The notes below the pieces were generated by a model. It had not been told where the DNA came from and searched no databases. It saw only the letters and a list, made by a program, of their open reading frames with translations. DNA of 64,000 nucleotides from an uncultured virus (IMG/VR IMGVR_UViG_3300042519_003322). Lineage: Duplodnaviria > Heunggongvirae > Uroviricota > Caudoviricetes. A program made the translations under genes and the position numbers. Where the stretch lies: IMG/VR virus record IMGVR_UViG_3300042519_003322; one strand, 5' to 3'. Positions 10,264 to 20,380 of this stretch are shown piece by piece; positions within the stretch are counted from its first letter, which is position 1; each line of letters opens with the position of its first letter.

Positions 10264-10713
10264 CTAAAACGGAGAAGAATCGCCACCTTGGTCGGGCGTC
10301 TCGTTGGCAGAATTAACGTGCTTTAAAATTTTTATAGCACTAAGAATGTTACGTATATCAGGCTGCTCAAGAATTGCTTTATCGTTACATCTATAGACAT
10401 TTTGTCGATTGAGTTTTGTCTTTGTAATTAGCCCTGCATTTATTAACTGTTTTACTGTTTTATCAATCATTGTTTCGCTTAAATCAAGATAGACAGAGAT
10501 TGCACGAATAGTCATGTTCTGGTCTTCGATTAGAGCCGCAAGAACTCTCCCAGAAGTAGACAGAATATTAACTTCATGCTCTTTCTGGTAGCGGAGAATT
10601 TTCTTGCTATCCAAGGCCTGCATGAATTTTTCGACAGTTATCTCGCCGTCCCCTTCTTTGGAGATGGCGTCCTCAAGAACCTTTTTAATGTCATTAATTT
10701 TCTGAGACCTCAA
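10264..10713 (-). CDS. Winged helix-turn-helix (MarR-like) protein
   Basis: MTIRAISVYLDLSETMIDKTVKQLINAGLITK. Confidence 0.7.
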   Translation of the reverse strand: MRSQKINDIKKVLEDAISKEGDGEITVEKFMQALDSKKILRYQKEHEVNILSTSGRVLAALIEDQNMTIRAISVYLDLSETMIDKTVKQLINAGLITKTKLNRQNVYRCNDKAILEQPDIRNILSAIKILKHVNSANETPDQGGDSSPF

Positions 10714-10833
10714 GAGATACCTACACCTGTGTAGTTTAATGGTGTAGCATCTGTGATGACGGTGCGACCGATACAGAGAACACTAGTTGCGAAAGTAAGC
10801 ACAACAACGAGAATAGCAGGAAAAGGGGAACCC

Positions 10834-11112
10834 ATGTTGAGAGATTCACTTCAGAAATTAATCAATAATCCAGCCCGAAAGTGGGACTGCAAACTTGGGG
10901 GAATCATTAACTCCCTTGACGAGGAAACAGCGGAGACCCTTATTCAGGCCCTCTGTAGTAACACCTCGACTATGGGTCTCGTCAGAGCCCTGAAAGACGA
11001 CGGTATCCCAATAAGCAGAGAATACCTGGGAGAAAAAAGAAATACCTGCTTTAAGGGCGGGTCACAAAGTTGCTGTCTACAACAATCCGACTCAAACGAA
11101 AAGAGCAAATAA
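10834..11112 (+). CDS. Hypothetical protein
   Basis: AAAGGGGAA RBS before ATG 10834; abuts the phosphoesterase gene. Confidence 0.55.
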   Translation: MLRDSLQKLINNPARKWDCKLGGIINSLDEETAETLIQALCSNTSTMGLVRALKDDGIPISREYLGEKRNTCFKGGSQSCCLQQSDSNEKSK

Positions 11113-11114
11113 CA

Positions 11115-12329
11115 ATGGTCGCTAACAAAAATGCCCTAAATTCTACCCTCAAGACTATGGCAGAAAATGCCAGCCGTGAGGCCACCGGCAAGAAGGTCCT
11201 AAACGACATCGCAGCCATGCTTGAGCGCAAGGGGATTGACCCAAGCGAGGTTGGAAGCGTCAAGAAGGTTTCTCTGTATCAGTCGGTAACAAAGAACCCA
11301 GACACCGGCGAAGCGATTATCCACGACCTTCAGGCAATTCAATTTAGTCCTTCGTGGGATACCGGACCACAGTGGCCACTCATAGAAAAAGGGCCAAAAA
11401 TACAACTACAAAAGCCAAAGACAAAATCAGCACCCCCCAAGGAGTGGGAGACGGCAATTATCGTACCTGATATACAAATTGGTTTCTACCGAAAATCACT
11501 CGATTCATCGGAGCTAGAACCGATTCACGATGAGTTAGCCATAGCCGTGGCGCTAGCAGTCATCGAAGAAATGAAGCCAGACCAGGTAGTAATGGTTGGA
11601 GATAACCTTGACTTTGCTGAATTAGGGAAATTCCTTACTGCTGCCCCTTTTAAACAAATGCTTCAGGCTTCAATTGACAGGGCAACCATGTTGTGTGCTC
11701 AGGTCCGTGAGGCTGCGCCAAACGCAAAAATCACATGGATTGCTGGCAACCACGAGGCCAGAATGGCTAGATACATCCAGACCAACGCCGAAGCTGCTTT
11801 CGGAATTACGCGAGGGAAGTCAAATGACGAACTGCGCGAGGGTTGGCCCGTCATGTCGGTGCCATTTTTGTGCCGAATGGACGAATTTGGCGTCGACTAC
11901 CTCCCCGGATACCCGGAATCAGCACATTACCTGAACTCTAATCTTGTCGTTGTACACGGTGACAAAGTTGTGTCAAACAACTCGACCACCAAAAAGTACC
12001 TAGACAACGAAAGAATCTCGGTGATATACGGACACATCCACCGAAACGAGCTTGCCTACCGCACCTACCGCACGGACCAGGGTCCGCGCACGATTATGGC
12101 CGCTAGCCCTGGGTGTCTGTGCCGAGTAGATGGCGCTGTTCCTTCCACGAAATCAGGGATGGATGAATTTGGACGTCCAATTCTCCAAGGAGCCGAGAAC
12201 TGGCAGCAGGGACTAGGAATAGTCACCTATCAGCCATTTGGTTCTGGTAATGAATGGTTCAATTACGAGCCAATGTGGATATATAACGGTCGAGGAATCC
12301 TGCGAGGCAAGGAATATGTTGCCGAATGA
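11115..12329 (+). CDS. Calcineurin-like metallophosphoesterase
   Basis: PDIQ, GDNLD, GNHE, HGD, GHIH motifs. Confidence 0.85.
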   Translation: MVANKNALNSTLKTMAENASREATGKKVLNDIAAMLERKGIDPSEVGSVKKVSLYQSVTKNPDTGEAIIHDLQAIQFSPSWDTGPQWPLIEKGPKIQLQKPKTKSAPPKEWETAIIVPDIQIGFYRKSLDSSELEPIHDELAIAVALAVIEEMKPDQVVMVGDNLDFAELGKFLTAAPFKQMLQASIDRATMLCAQVREAAPNAKITWIAGNHEARMARYIQTNAEAAFGITRGKSNDELREGWPVMSVPFLCRMDEFGVDYLPGYPESAHYLNSNLVVVHGDKVVSNNSTTKKYLDNERISVIYGHIHRNELAYRTYRTDQGPRTIMAASPGCLCRVDGAVPSTKSGMDEFGRPILQGAENWQQGLGIVTYQPFGSGNEWFNYEPMWIYNGRGILRGKEYVAE

Positions 12330-12574
12330 GCGACGAAGAGACGTCTAATTACGAAAGATATACAGAGAAAGACCTGTATCGAGATTTAGAAACGCTCCGC
12401 AGGGCTGGACTCATTGAAATCGACGGAATACTCGACGATGGTCAATGGCTGTATACCATGACAGAAGAAGGAAGGTCTTTGCTAACCAAAACAAATGACC
12501 TGAATTACGATGTGTTATCGAATGTCTTTGAAAATATCGAAAAGGTAAATCAAGAAGGCGAAAAATTCACATGA
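12326..12574 (+). CDS. Small winged-helix-like protein (paralog of 52646-52879)
   Basis: DLETLRRAGLIE..GQWLYTMTEEG. Confidence 0.6.
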   Translation: MSDEETSNYERYTEKDLYRDLETLRRAGLIEIDGILDDGQWLYTMTEEGRSLLTKTNDLNYDVLSNVFENIEKVNQEGEKFT

Positions 12575-13206
12575 CAACAATCCTGGGCATACAAGGAGAG
12601 GGTTTTGCAGTATTAGCTGCCGACACAAGAATAACCTCTTTTCTTGAGGATGGCCCGGCATATCACATGACCACGCTCAGCCAAGGTGTCTCTAAAATTA
12701 CGACAAATGGTAAATACCTCATTGGTGCTGCCGGAGACCTGCGCGCAATAAACCTTCTTACCCACGCTTTTTCCCCTCCACCTGCTCATCCAGCAGATAG
12801 AGGCAAGAAGCTTGACCATTTCATGACAGTTAAATTTATCCCAGCTTTAAGAGCATGCTTCGACCTGCATGGCTACTCTCCCCCAGAGAACAAAGAGAAC
12901 AAAAACCACAACGCAGAACAAGCCTCATCGCTGCTTGTGGTCATAAATGCCACTATCTACCTAATTGACAGCGATTACTCCTGGCTAACTGATGCATCTG
13001 GCCTTTATGCCGTTGGCAGTGGGTCGGACTACGCCCTTGGTGCCGTACATTCACTCGCCGGCGGTAAAAAGCTCTCCGCTATACAGGCAAAAGGCATATG
13101 CCTCAAGTCCCTCAGTATCGCAGCGAAGCTTGACCCACATACCGGCTCCCCATATCACACCTACATTCAGACGGCAGAGCCCAAAAAACCAATAGAACAG
13201 AAGTAG
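12571..13206 (+). CDS. Proteasome-beta/HslV-like Ntn hydrolase
   Basis: MTTI N-terminus, AADTR, KI..GAAGD, YAVGSGSDYALGA, D..TG. Confidence 0.8.
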   Translation: MTTILGIQGEGFAVLAADTRITSFLEDGPAYHMTTLSQGVSKITTNGKYLIGAAGDLRAINLLTHAFSPPPAHPADRGKKLDHFMTVKFIPALRACFDLHGYSPPENKENKNHNAEQASSLLVVINATIYLIDSDYSWLTDASGLYAVGSGSDYALGAVHSLAGGKKLSAIQAKGICLKSLSIAAKLDPHTGSPYHTYIQTAEPKKPIEQK

Positions 13207-13214
13207 ATAAGTCA

Positions 13215-13460
13215 ATGAGTGAGTCAACATGGACATGGCTTCTCTTCTTCATGGAGATAGTTGGCGTATATGGCAGCTACACGGTTGGAAACAAGCGCTG
13301 GCACGGACACATGATTATCGCCCTGCACTCATTCCCCTGGGCAGTTTATTCAATACTGTTTAACAAACCAGGCTTCCTAGCCATGTGGATACTGTGGCAG
13401 GGCGTTCACTGGCGGAATATGTACAGGTGGCTACAAGACGGAAAACAAGACCCCGCCTGA
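13215..13460 (+). CDS. Small membrane protein
   Basis: Three hydrophobic Trp-rich segments. Confidence 0.55.
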   Translation: MSESTWTWLLFFMEIVGVYGSYTVGNKRWHGHMIIALHSFPWAVYSILFNKPGFLAMWILWQGVHWRNMYRWLQDGKQDPA

Positions 13461-13830
13461 CACTAATGTTAGATAAATTTATCTGCGGTTGACTCCGCTC
13501 GGCCTGACGATTATTACTGGTTACGACGCCGGCCTCAGAGCTGGAAATGAATAGGCCTCATATGCTGGGGAAACAAGGCGCCGCTTAATTCCCTCCACGT
13601 TTCTGAATTCCAGATATGGCTAAATCCCATAGAGAGAGTAAAGACAGTAGTAGTAGAACACCTACATCTCGACTGGCGGCGACAGACACTGCCAAAAACA
13701 TATCCGTCCAAACCACAAACATATCAATCCGACCAACAATTAACAAAAACTACTAGACAGGCATCCATATCTATTAATGGTGTATAAATAGTAGAGGAGA
13801 GAATTACATCGTATTTCTCAGGAGAATTGT

Positions 13831-14181
13831 TTGTCAAACGAAGATATAACACCCCAACAAAAATTACCCAAAAATAATGCCCAACCATCGCCGGCAATGG
13901 ATATACCTTTTAAAACTTGGTTTAATGATGCCAGTTGTAGAGGGCAAACGGCACTAATGTTCCCCAAACAACATAAGGACATTACATACATCGCACAAGC
14001 ACGAGCACTATGCAGAACATGCCCAGTCATCGAAGACTGCCTAGAGTACGCACTAGAGTTTCCGCCGGCCGATATGCATGGAGTCTGGGCTGGACTAACC
14101 AGCAGGCAACTGGCGGCAGAACAAAGAAGACGAAAAATCAAACCCACAAGACCGACACTTGCCCAAATGTGGGGCGACTAA
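13831..14181 (+). CDS. whiB: WhiB-family transcription factor
   Basis: W..ASC...ARALCRTCPVIEDCLEYAL...GVWAGLT: four Cys plus the GVWxG turn. Confidence 0.93.
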   Translation: MSNEDITPQQKLPKNNAQPSPAMDIPFKTWFNDASCRGQTALMFPKQHKDITYIAQARALCRTCPVIEDCLEYALEFPPADMHGVWAGLTSRQLAAEQRRRKIKPTRPTLAQMWGD

Positions 14182-14283
14182 GTCAGGGACATGCAGCCCA
14201 TCTAAAGCGGAAAAAACCCAAAAAGTTTCCGCGCCGGGCAGGATTTCGATTTTTTGAAAATTTTGTGGTTGACAAATACCAAT

Positions 14284-14628
14284 TCACTGGATGCGAATAT
14301 TACAAGTCTCACAAAATTGCATATTATTTAATTGGGTTATTTTTTGTTCGCACTCTTTTAGGCCGCACGGTTGGAGGAGTCGGTCTCCTCTGACATAGGC
14401 GAGTACGGTTTCTTGTATGGTGGGGATGGAGTACTGTGCTGAGCCGGCGTCGGGTATGCCTTTTTCGTTTCGGATGAATTCCCAGACGGCGTACAGCATT
14501 ACATCGTTGACTGCCAGGTTCTTTTTCCGGGCATAGTCAATTATTTCGTTTTTCTGTTTACCCTTCATGCGTACGTTCAGGATGACGTACTTGTCGACGA
14601 AGCGCGTCTTTTCTGCGCGCCGGCCCAT
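14284..14628 (-). CDS. Ribbon-helix-helix-like protein with C-terminal Cys motif
   Basis: VILNVRMKGKQKNEIIDYARKKNLAVNDVM; C-terminal PC..EC and CETC. Confidence 0.55.
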   Translation of the reverse strand: MGRRAEKTRFVDKYVILNVRMKGKQKNEIIDYARKKNLAVNDVMLYAVWEFIRNEKGIPDAGSAQYSIPTIQETVLAYVRGDRLLQPCGLKECEQKITQLNNMQFCETCNIRIQ

Positions 14629-14792
14629 TAGCTGTCGCGTTCGACTAGGGTCTTAATGTAGTCGGTGAGGGTCAGGTCTACTGCCTGGGACTGGGCGATG
14701 AGCTTCTCTTTGAAGTCTCTGTTGACGCGCAGGGTAAGTGTGACTACCGGCTTTGTTGGATGGGCGACGGGTCGGCCTGGGTTGCGTTTCAC
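14628..14792 (-). CDS. Small ribbon-helix-helix (Arc-like) protein, 54 aa, not in the ORF track
   Basis: Manual translation from GTG: MKRNPGRPVAHPTKPVVTLTLRVNRDFKEKLIAQSQAVDLTLTDYIKTLVERDS; stop overlaps next ATG. Confidence 0.7.
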   Translation of the reverse strand: MKRNPGRPVAHPTKPVVTLTLRVNRDFKEKLIAQSQAVDLTLTDYIKTLVERDS

Positions 14793-14970
14793 CCAATTGA
14801 ATTTACTGCAACAACAATGACCTCATTGCAACAACTACAGAAACGATTGAGGCAATTTTATAGGAGAACGGAAATGTACTGTGTGATATTTTCCAAATTA
14901 AACTGGAGCACATTATTAGGGGTATAATTTTCAGGAACTCCACAGGGTAACTCCTATTGCCTAATTTTTA

Positions 14971-15459
14971 TTAGGTCATCTTTTTTGTTGGGGGGTCTGG
15001 CACAGCATACTTGTCTCCCTCTACAGTTGCGAGCACCTTCTCGTACATTGCACAGAATACGTTTCGGTCTGCATTGGTGTGGAGGTTGTAGGCTGACTGG
15101 CCGAGGGCCTTGACTGTTAGGGTCATGACTTCTGACGCTGGGATGGATGGGGGCATGCCGGAGTTGACCTCCTGGGTTAGGGTCAACCATTTACCCCAAG
15201 CAGTAATGGGGTCATCGAATGGGGGTATTTTTGTGGTGGCATCTATGGTGAGTCTTCTGAGCTTGCCTGGCCTGGGGAGGAACTCGTCTACTACCGCTAG
15301 GTTTCTGAAGATTCGTTTGACGTCTGACGCCTCTAGGTCGTGCAACATCTCGTACCATGCATTGAGGGTGGCTTTGACCTCCGCCTCTCCATGAGGCATC
15401 TCTGTCCTGTAGGTGGCGTACACCTGGTCTACCAGCTCGACTAGCTCATCTTTGGTCAT
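14971..15459 (-). CDS. Helicase loader/inhibitor-like (G39P-like) protein
   Basis: MTKDE..LV...Y...AWYEML.D......FLP.PG..R pattern; follows an initiator-like gene. Confidence 0.55.
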   Translation of the reverse strand: MTKDELVELVDQVYATYRTEMPHGEAEVKATLNAWYEMLHDLEASDVKRIFRNLAVVDEFLPRPGKLRRLTIDATTKIPPFDDPITAWGKWLTLTQEVNSGMPPSIPASEVMTLTVKALGQSAYNLHTNADRNVFCAMYEKVLATVEGDKYAVPDPPTKKMT

Positions 15460-15830
15460 TCGTTTATCCAGTTAGATTTAGCTGAAGTTGTTGGGTTGTC
15501 ATTCATGTCTAGGAACTTCTCCACATGGTCGGCGTCTCTGAAGATGAGCGATATGTCATTATAGGCAGTCTTGGACTTGTTCTTCCCCATATGGAAGTCA
15601 GACAGCGCACAGCCATCGATTGCCTCCTTGCAGCCTTCGACGCTATATACAGCTATTGCCCATCTGAGGTCTCTCTCCCGCTTGATATCAAGCTGGGCAC
15701 GCTTCTTACTCATGACGTCTTTCCAGTAGACGAAGACTTCCATCACCAGAGGGAACGCTACTTTCTTACCGATTTCTATTTTGCTCTTATTGTGGACGTT
15801 GGGTCCTCGAGAATTTTTATCAGCGCTCAT
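15456..15830 (-). CDS. Phage replication-initiator C-terminal-like protein
   Basis: EVF.YW...YSVEGCKEAIDG..SDFHMGKN..Y.D..LIFR..VEKF. Confidence 0.55.
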   Translation of the reverse strand: MSADKNSRGPNVHNKSKIEIGKKVAFPLVMEVFVYWKDVMSKKRAQLDIKRERDLRWAIAVYSVEGCKEAIDGCALSDFHMGKNKSKTAYNDISLIFRDADHVEKFLDMNDNPTTSAKSNWINE

Positions 15831-15837
15831 ATTTACC

Positions 15838-15867
15838 AATCTACCTGGAGTCTTCCGCCACCGTCAA
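15838..15867 (-). promoter_or_regulatory. sigmaA-type promoter TTGACG-N18-TAGATT with motif C in the spacer
   Basis: 7 nt upstream of ATG 15830; a second copy TTGACG-N17-TACGTT at 16144-16172. Confidence 0.6.
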
Positions 15868-16397
15868 ACAATTTAAAGATAATTTAAAATAGACTTCACC
15901 TTAAACCGGCTGTTCTTATCTTGGTAGGAGATTCAACTTCACTATCTTTCGTAGATGGAGTTTAATCGGCTTCGCCGTAAGAGATACTTTGGAGGGGGTT
16001 TGGGGGAACCTTTACAAGTAATATTGTAAATGGACATCCCAAATAACACCTCCCCTCGGGGGTGTTCAACAATTCTGTAGGTATAGCGCTGGCCGGCGCC
16101 TGGAAATTTCCAACTTCTCTCTATTGAGATAAGCAGTTCTTGAAACGTATCAGACTCTTCCACCACCGTCAATCGGTTTCAGAGGTTTTTTTATTTTTTT
16201 CTTAAAAAATCTGGAGCGCTGCGAAATATTATAAATTTTGCGAGAATTTGCGAGTCACGGGAATTTTGATGTGATAAGTTGGCGGGGCTTCCAACGGATT
16301 CCCCTTTCATCCCGAAAGAAGCAGCCTCTTCGGGTTGAGATGCGGGTGGATTGGTAGGTGACCATCCGGCAGCTCCCCGAGGGGGCACCTTCGCTTT

Positions 16398-16754
16398 TCA
16401 TTCGCCCCACCAGAACTGATGACCTCTAGCCCGCCGGCGAGGACCCTGTCTGTCGGACGTTATCTTGGACAGAATCTCCTGAGTCTCCCTATCGAGCGTG
16501 CCTCCGATTTTGCGCAAGTACGCCGTCGGATGCTGTTCTCGATTTCTTGCTTTTTCTTTAACTTCTTCCTCGCGGAGGAATTCCTGCAGCTCGAGCTCGA
16601 GTAGGTCTTGAATACTTTTTTCAATATTTTTTGGATGTGAGCGGCGCTTGTAGATTCTTCTGTCTTTTGTCTGGCGGTTGGTCAGGGAATTTTTGATAAT
16701 GTTCGCTGCCACCCAGAACAAAATCCCAAAAATGATAACTGCTAGTGCTGTCAT
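16398..16754 (-). CDS. Hypothetical protein with N-terminal TM
   Basis: AAAAGGA RBS; hydrophobic start. Confidence 0.55.
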   Translation of the reverse strand: MTALAVIIFGILFWVAANIIKNSLTNRQTKDRRIYKRRSHPKNIEKSIQDLLELELQEFLREEEVKEKARNREQHPTAYLRKIGGTLDRETQEILSKITSDRQGPRRRARGHQFWWGE

Positions 16755-16925
16755 GTTTATTTTCCTTTTATTGTTCGCTGTCAATTGTGTCGTCCAGGTC
16801 AAAGTGGGCCATGCCCTCACAGAAATCCTGATAATGGGCTCTCATGTCGGCCTCTTTCAGAAGACGTTCGTCGACCATCCCTTGTAGAAAATCCAAATAT
16901 TCTGGATGTTCTTCCAATGGCCCAG

Positions 16926-17288
16926 TCATTTTCCGTCCGCCAGGAGTTCCTCATGCATTTTGTTCACTTTATCGTAGACGCGCATGGTCTGAAGAAGAAG
17001 TGCCGAAAATACTATTTTATGCTTCAGGTCCGCTCCGTCGAGCTTTTCCATCGTCGAAGACAATTCGAGAAGATTTTCCCTTATTTTGTTTAAATTGTCA
17101 GCTCGCTCATCCGACGTGAACAAATTTCCTGTTTCTTCGACGTACAGCAGCGAGTCGAACAATTTCTTGTCCTGTTCCTTGGTCATCTCGTACAGGCTTG
17201 CCAGGTAAGGGTCGTCCTCGATAACTGACTGGGGCGACACTTTCCATGTCCCTTTGAAGTTTTGATTTAATGGGTCCCAAATACTCAT
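16926..17288 (-). CDS. Hypothetical protein
   Basis: GAAAGG RBS, 120 aa. Confidence 0.55.
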   Translation of the reverse strand: MSIWDPLNQNFKGTWKVSPQSVIEDDPYLASLYEMTKEQDKKLFDSLLYVEETGNLFTSDERADNLNKIRENLLELSSTMEKLDGADLKHKIVFSALLLQTMRVYDKVNKMHEELLADGK

Positions 17289-17355
17289 TTGTCTAATACC
17301 TTTCTAGGTTGACTTATCTACTCCGTCTGGAGGGGGTTTAAATTACTTACTTTCT

Positions 17356-18063
17356 TCACGTATTCTTGGTTAAATTTAACAGGAACCAGCCACGTTCCCA
17401 CATCATACCAATTGCCGAGTAGCCAATGATGTCAGTATAGGTATCGGCGATTGATTCGTTAGCTGCTTGGCCGGCGCGTGATAGATGAAGATTTTTTAAT
17501 CTTGCCACCTTGTCATGACATCGGACAATCAGACCTTGGCGTCCGAAGCGGGCAATATTATTATGTCCATAATCTGACTGCTTCCGGATAAGCGTCGATG
17601 TTAAATCGTCCTGAAGTCTCCAGGTGTTGTCCTCAGTCTTCCAAATGTTGTCAGCTCCCGCTGCCGAAGCTGAAAAAAACGTATTTTCTGGATGGTCTTC
17701 GCCGGCCAACGGAAGTAAATTCCCGTTTTTTATGCCTGCCACCGCTGCGATAGAACCAAGATTCTTCCATTCTTCAACCCAGTACATTGGGTCCGATTCA
17801 AACCAGTTCATGTTCTGGACCATGCCTTCAAAATGATTATCAATCATCGAGAGGCCTTCGAGAATAGAATTCAAAAAAAGGTCATTTTCTAGAGGGCCGC
17901 ATGGATTCGAGCTGACAATCCTGGTTTTGATATTTTCTTCTTCTTTTTGCATGTGGGCCAGAGGCCGGGAGATTTGTTCTAAAATCTCAGAAATACAGGA
18001 GGCCGCAGCCTCGTTCCAGTTCCTTGGGTGCTCTGGTTCTAACTCATCCACCACCGTCAACAT
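17356..18063 (-). CDS. Nucleotide-modification-associated domain 1 (Nmad1/DUF1599) protein
   Basis: C-term KQSDYG.NNI..G.IVR.HDK.ARL.NL...ESI.DT..DI.GYS.IG. Confidence 0.75.
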   Translation of the reverse strand: MLTVVDELEPEHPRNWNEAAASCISEILEQISRPLAHMQKEEENIKTRIVSSNPCGPLENDLFLNSILEGLSMIDNHFEGMVQNMNWFESDPMYWVEEWKNLGSIAAVAGIKNGNLLPLAGEDHPENTFFSASAAGADNIWKTEDNTWRLQDDLTSTLIRKQSDYGHNNIARFGRQGLIVRCHDKVARLKNLHLSRAGQAANESIADTYTDIIGYSAIGMMWERGWFLLNLTKNT

Positions 18064-18066
18064 CTT

Positions 18067-18537
18067 TTAGTGCTCACCCTCTAGTAGTTGCTCCCAAGAT
18101 TCGGGAGGATTTCTAATTAGCTCGATTCTAGCCATGTCGGCGAGGTTTTCCAATTCATCCAGCCATAGTTCTTCGCTTTCAATGGTGAGCCCCGCTTCCT
18201 CCTCTGCGAATGATTCCATTTTACGCAGACGGCCGGCGATGAACTCTCGAGAGAAAGCCGCGATGATGGATTTATCATGAGAACCACGCATTAATACCGG
18301 TCCGTCTTCTCCATTTAATGCATCGCCAGGAACGTGTATACCAGTTACCACTGATTCGTCACTGTCTGCAAAAATAAATATGATGTTATTTGCTGGACGG
18401 TCATCGAGCTCTACTGAGGACGACGAAATCTGGTCTGCTATTAGTGCAGCGATGTCGGAGCTAAGCCCATGATTTTCTAATTTTTTGATTATATTTTTTT
18501 CTTCGTCATCTTCTGAGTTCCAGTATTCATTTTTCAT
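18067..18537 (-). CDS. Hypothetical acidic protein
   Basis: 156-aa ORF co-oriented with the Nmad1 gene. Confidence 0.5.
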   Translation of the reverse strand: MKNEYWNSEDDEEKNIIKKLENHGLSSDIAALIADQISSSSVELDDRPANNIIFIFADSDESVVTGIHVPGDALNGEDGPVLMRGSHDKSIIAAFSREFIAGRLRKMESFAEEEAGLTIESEELWLDELENLADMARIELIRNPPESWEQLLEGEH

Positions 18538-18808
18538 TTTTTCTCTTTTCTGCCATCTGGATGGCCGCTGCCGGCGGGGGAAATTTATGATTTTTTGTTA
18601 GGAATTAATATTCACATTTCTGACCATCGCAGCTACCGAATTGTCTGCAGAAAATTGAATAATTTAAGCAATCTGGGTCTCGACTGTCGGCCGCCAGGGG
18701 GCGCTCTTTTTCACTTTTACGACGTCCACGAGATTTTCCTATTTGATAAGTAATTAAATGGTTAACTAATCCCATTGTCTACCAAGGCTTTCTTTAGAAG
18801 TTGAGTCA

Positions 18809-19275
18809 TCACGACTTAAGATTTGTCTTTTCTATGACAGCGTCTGCAATCCATTCAGAGACGTCGAGTCCTGCATTGTCCCATTCATCGAATTCTTTAC
18901 AAATTTCTGCCCAAGCTTCCGAAGTAATTTCTTCTTCTTCGATATCCCTGTAGTCATAGGCTTCTTTGGTCCAGTAAAGCGCGCAGATTTCATCGTCCGG
19001 ATTTAAATCGTTCAGTTGCTTGAGTAGCGCTGACACTTTCATGAATCGTATCCCTCTACGATTAGGTGACCAGCGTCGTTGCCCTCTTGGTCTGAACTCA
19101 CGATTGCATAAGTGTTGTCAGTGAACTCAATAACAATTGTGTTGGCTGGTTGCGTCCACCAACTCATTCCTTTGATTTCTTCTTCAATCATATGGCGCAC
19201 GCGTTTGATTGTTTTTCCTGCGAGACCTCTAATGGCTGGGTCGAAATGTTCCGTATGTGTAGCTGTTGTGGGCAT
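18809..19275 (-). CDS. Two small hypothetical proteins (19039-19275, 18809-19042)
   Basis: ATGA-coupled pair downstream of the promoter at 19399-19427. Confidence 0.6.
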
Positions 19276-19398
19276 GATGCCTGCTTTCGTCTAGTAGGTG
19301 AAAAGTGAGGCTGGGACGGCTCCCCGACGGAACCTTTTCAAACTCTCGTGTACCCGCTCGAATTGCGGGCGTATAAGTGTCTGCCAACCTCCATGGGA

Positions 19399-19427
19399 AG
19401 CGTAGCGCCTCTCTGGGTATTTGTCAA
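19399..19427 (-). promoter_or_regulatory. sigmaA-type promoter TTGACA-N17-TACGCT
   Basis: Consensus -35, 17-nt spacer, TAnnnT -10. Confidence 0.7.
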
Positions 19428-19476
19428 CATATATTAAAGTATTTTAAGTAAAGAAAAAATGTGATTCTTCCACCAC

Positions 19477-19490
19477 CGAACACATGTTCG
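19477..19490. promoter_or_regulatory. LexA (SOS) box, Gram-positive/actinobacterial type
   Basis: CGAAC-ACAT-GTTCG matches CGAAC-N4-GTTCG; 17 nt before ATG 19508. Confidence 0.75.
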
Positions 19491-19507
19491 TACTAACGTG
19501 TCAATAC

Positions 19508-19882
19508 ATGGACAACATTACGAAATTCAACTTATACGTTGAGGCGCTCGAGACTTATATTCAGAAAAACGGAAATTCCAAAATCCCGGCCCCGTATATT
19601 GCAAAAATAAATGAAAAAAATATTCCTCTTGGGGCCTGGTCTGGATATATTCGTCAGAGATATCGCAAGAATCAGCTTCCTTCAGCCCGAATCGCCAGAA
19701 TGGAACAAATCAAGGGGTGGCAGTGGGGTCCGTTCCAGCCAGGGCCGGCGACGGATTCTTCAAGAAATGAAGCAATTCGCCAACTCCGCATTCAGGGGAA
19801 ATCCCTCCGGGAAATCGCCGACGAGTTTGATTTATCTCGACAGCGAGTTCATCAAATTATCAGAAAACTCAACATCGTATAA
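19508..19882 (+). CDS. Helicase-associated (HA) domain plus sigma70-region-4-like HTH regulator
   Basis: AL..Y...NG...IP..Y...LGAW...R..YR...L...RI..ME.I.GW.W; C-term GKSLREIADEFDLSRQRVHQI. Confidence 0.75.
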   Translation: MDNITKFNLYVEALETYIQKNGNSKIPAPYIAKINEKNIPLGAWSGYIRQRYRKNQLPSARIARMEQIKGWQWGPFQPGPATDSSRNEAIRQLRIQGKSLREIADEFDLSRQRVHQIIRKLNIV

Positions 19883-19932
19883 TAAATAGAGGGTCTTCCA
19901 CCACCGTCAATTGGTTCCCATGAGGAGGAGCA

Positions 19933-20283
19933 ATGGTTTCTAATAATTGGAAAAATACAAGCAAAATGAATTCGAGTTTTCCTCGGGCTATCCGGGATTC
20001 TCAAGGTCGGTCAATTTCAGGCGGGGCTTCTAGGCTGATGGATTCAGGCGGGGCTCCCAACCTAAAAAGCACTCGGCGGACTCGAAATCGCAATGCGGTC
20101 ATGGGGTTCATCTCGCTCGTCGTTCTCTACGCTGTCCTGCTGTTGCTTGGTGCGCATGTTCTGGAATCGGCAGGAGTTGTCTCGTGGTCCGTGGGCGTGT
20201 GGGATTCACTGGCACTGGCGACCATATACATCATGTGGCAGGCACTCAGCATGGTCATATGGGGCGAGGCAAAGAAACCGTAG
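19933..20283 (+). CDS. Two-TM membrane protein
   Basis: GAGGAGGAG RBS; two hydrophobic helices. Confidence 0.6.
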   Translation: MVSNNWKNTSKMNSSFPRAIRDSQGRSISGGASRLMDSGGAPNLKSTRRTRNRNAVMGFISLVVLYAVLLLLGAHVLESAGVVSWSVGVWDSLALATIYIMWQALSMVIWGEAKKP

Positions 20284-20380
20284 AGGGACTTATCTACTCT
20301 TACCGAATGGGGCGTGGCGGAAAGTCTGCCATGTAGTGAGGTGATGAAAAAAAACGAAATAATGAATAGGAGTAGTGCCA

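Noticed and set aside
13783..13790. TATAAATA (also 6424-6431) as T4-type late promoter
   Set aside because: Only two copies noticed in AT-rich gaps and no T4-like late sigma in the window
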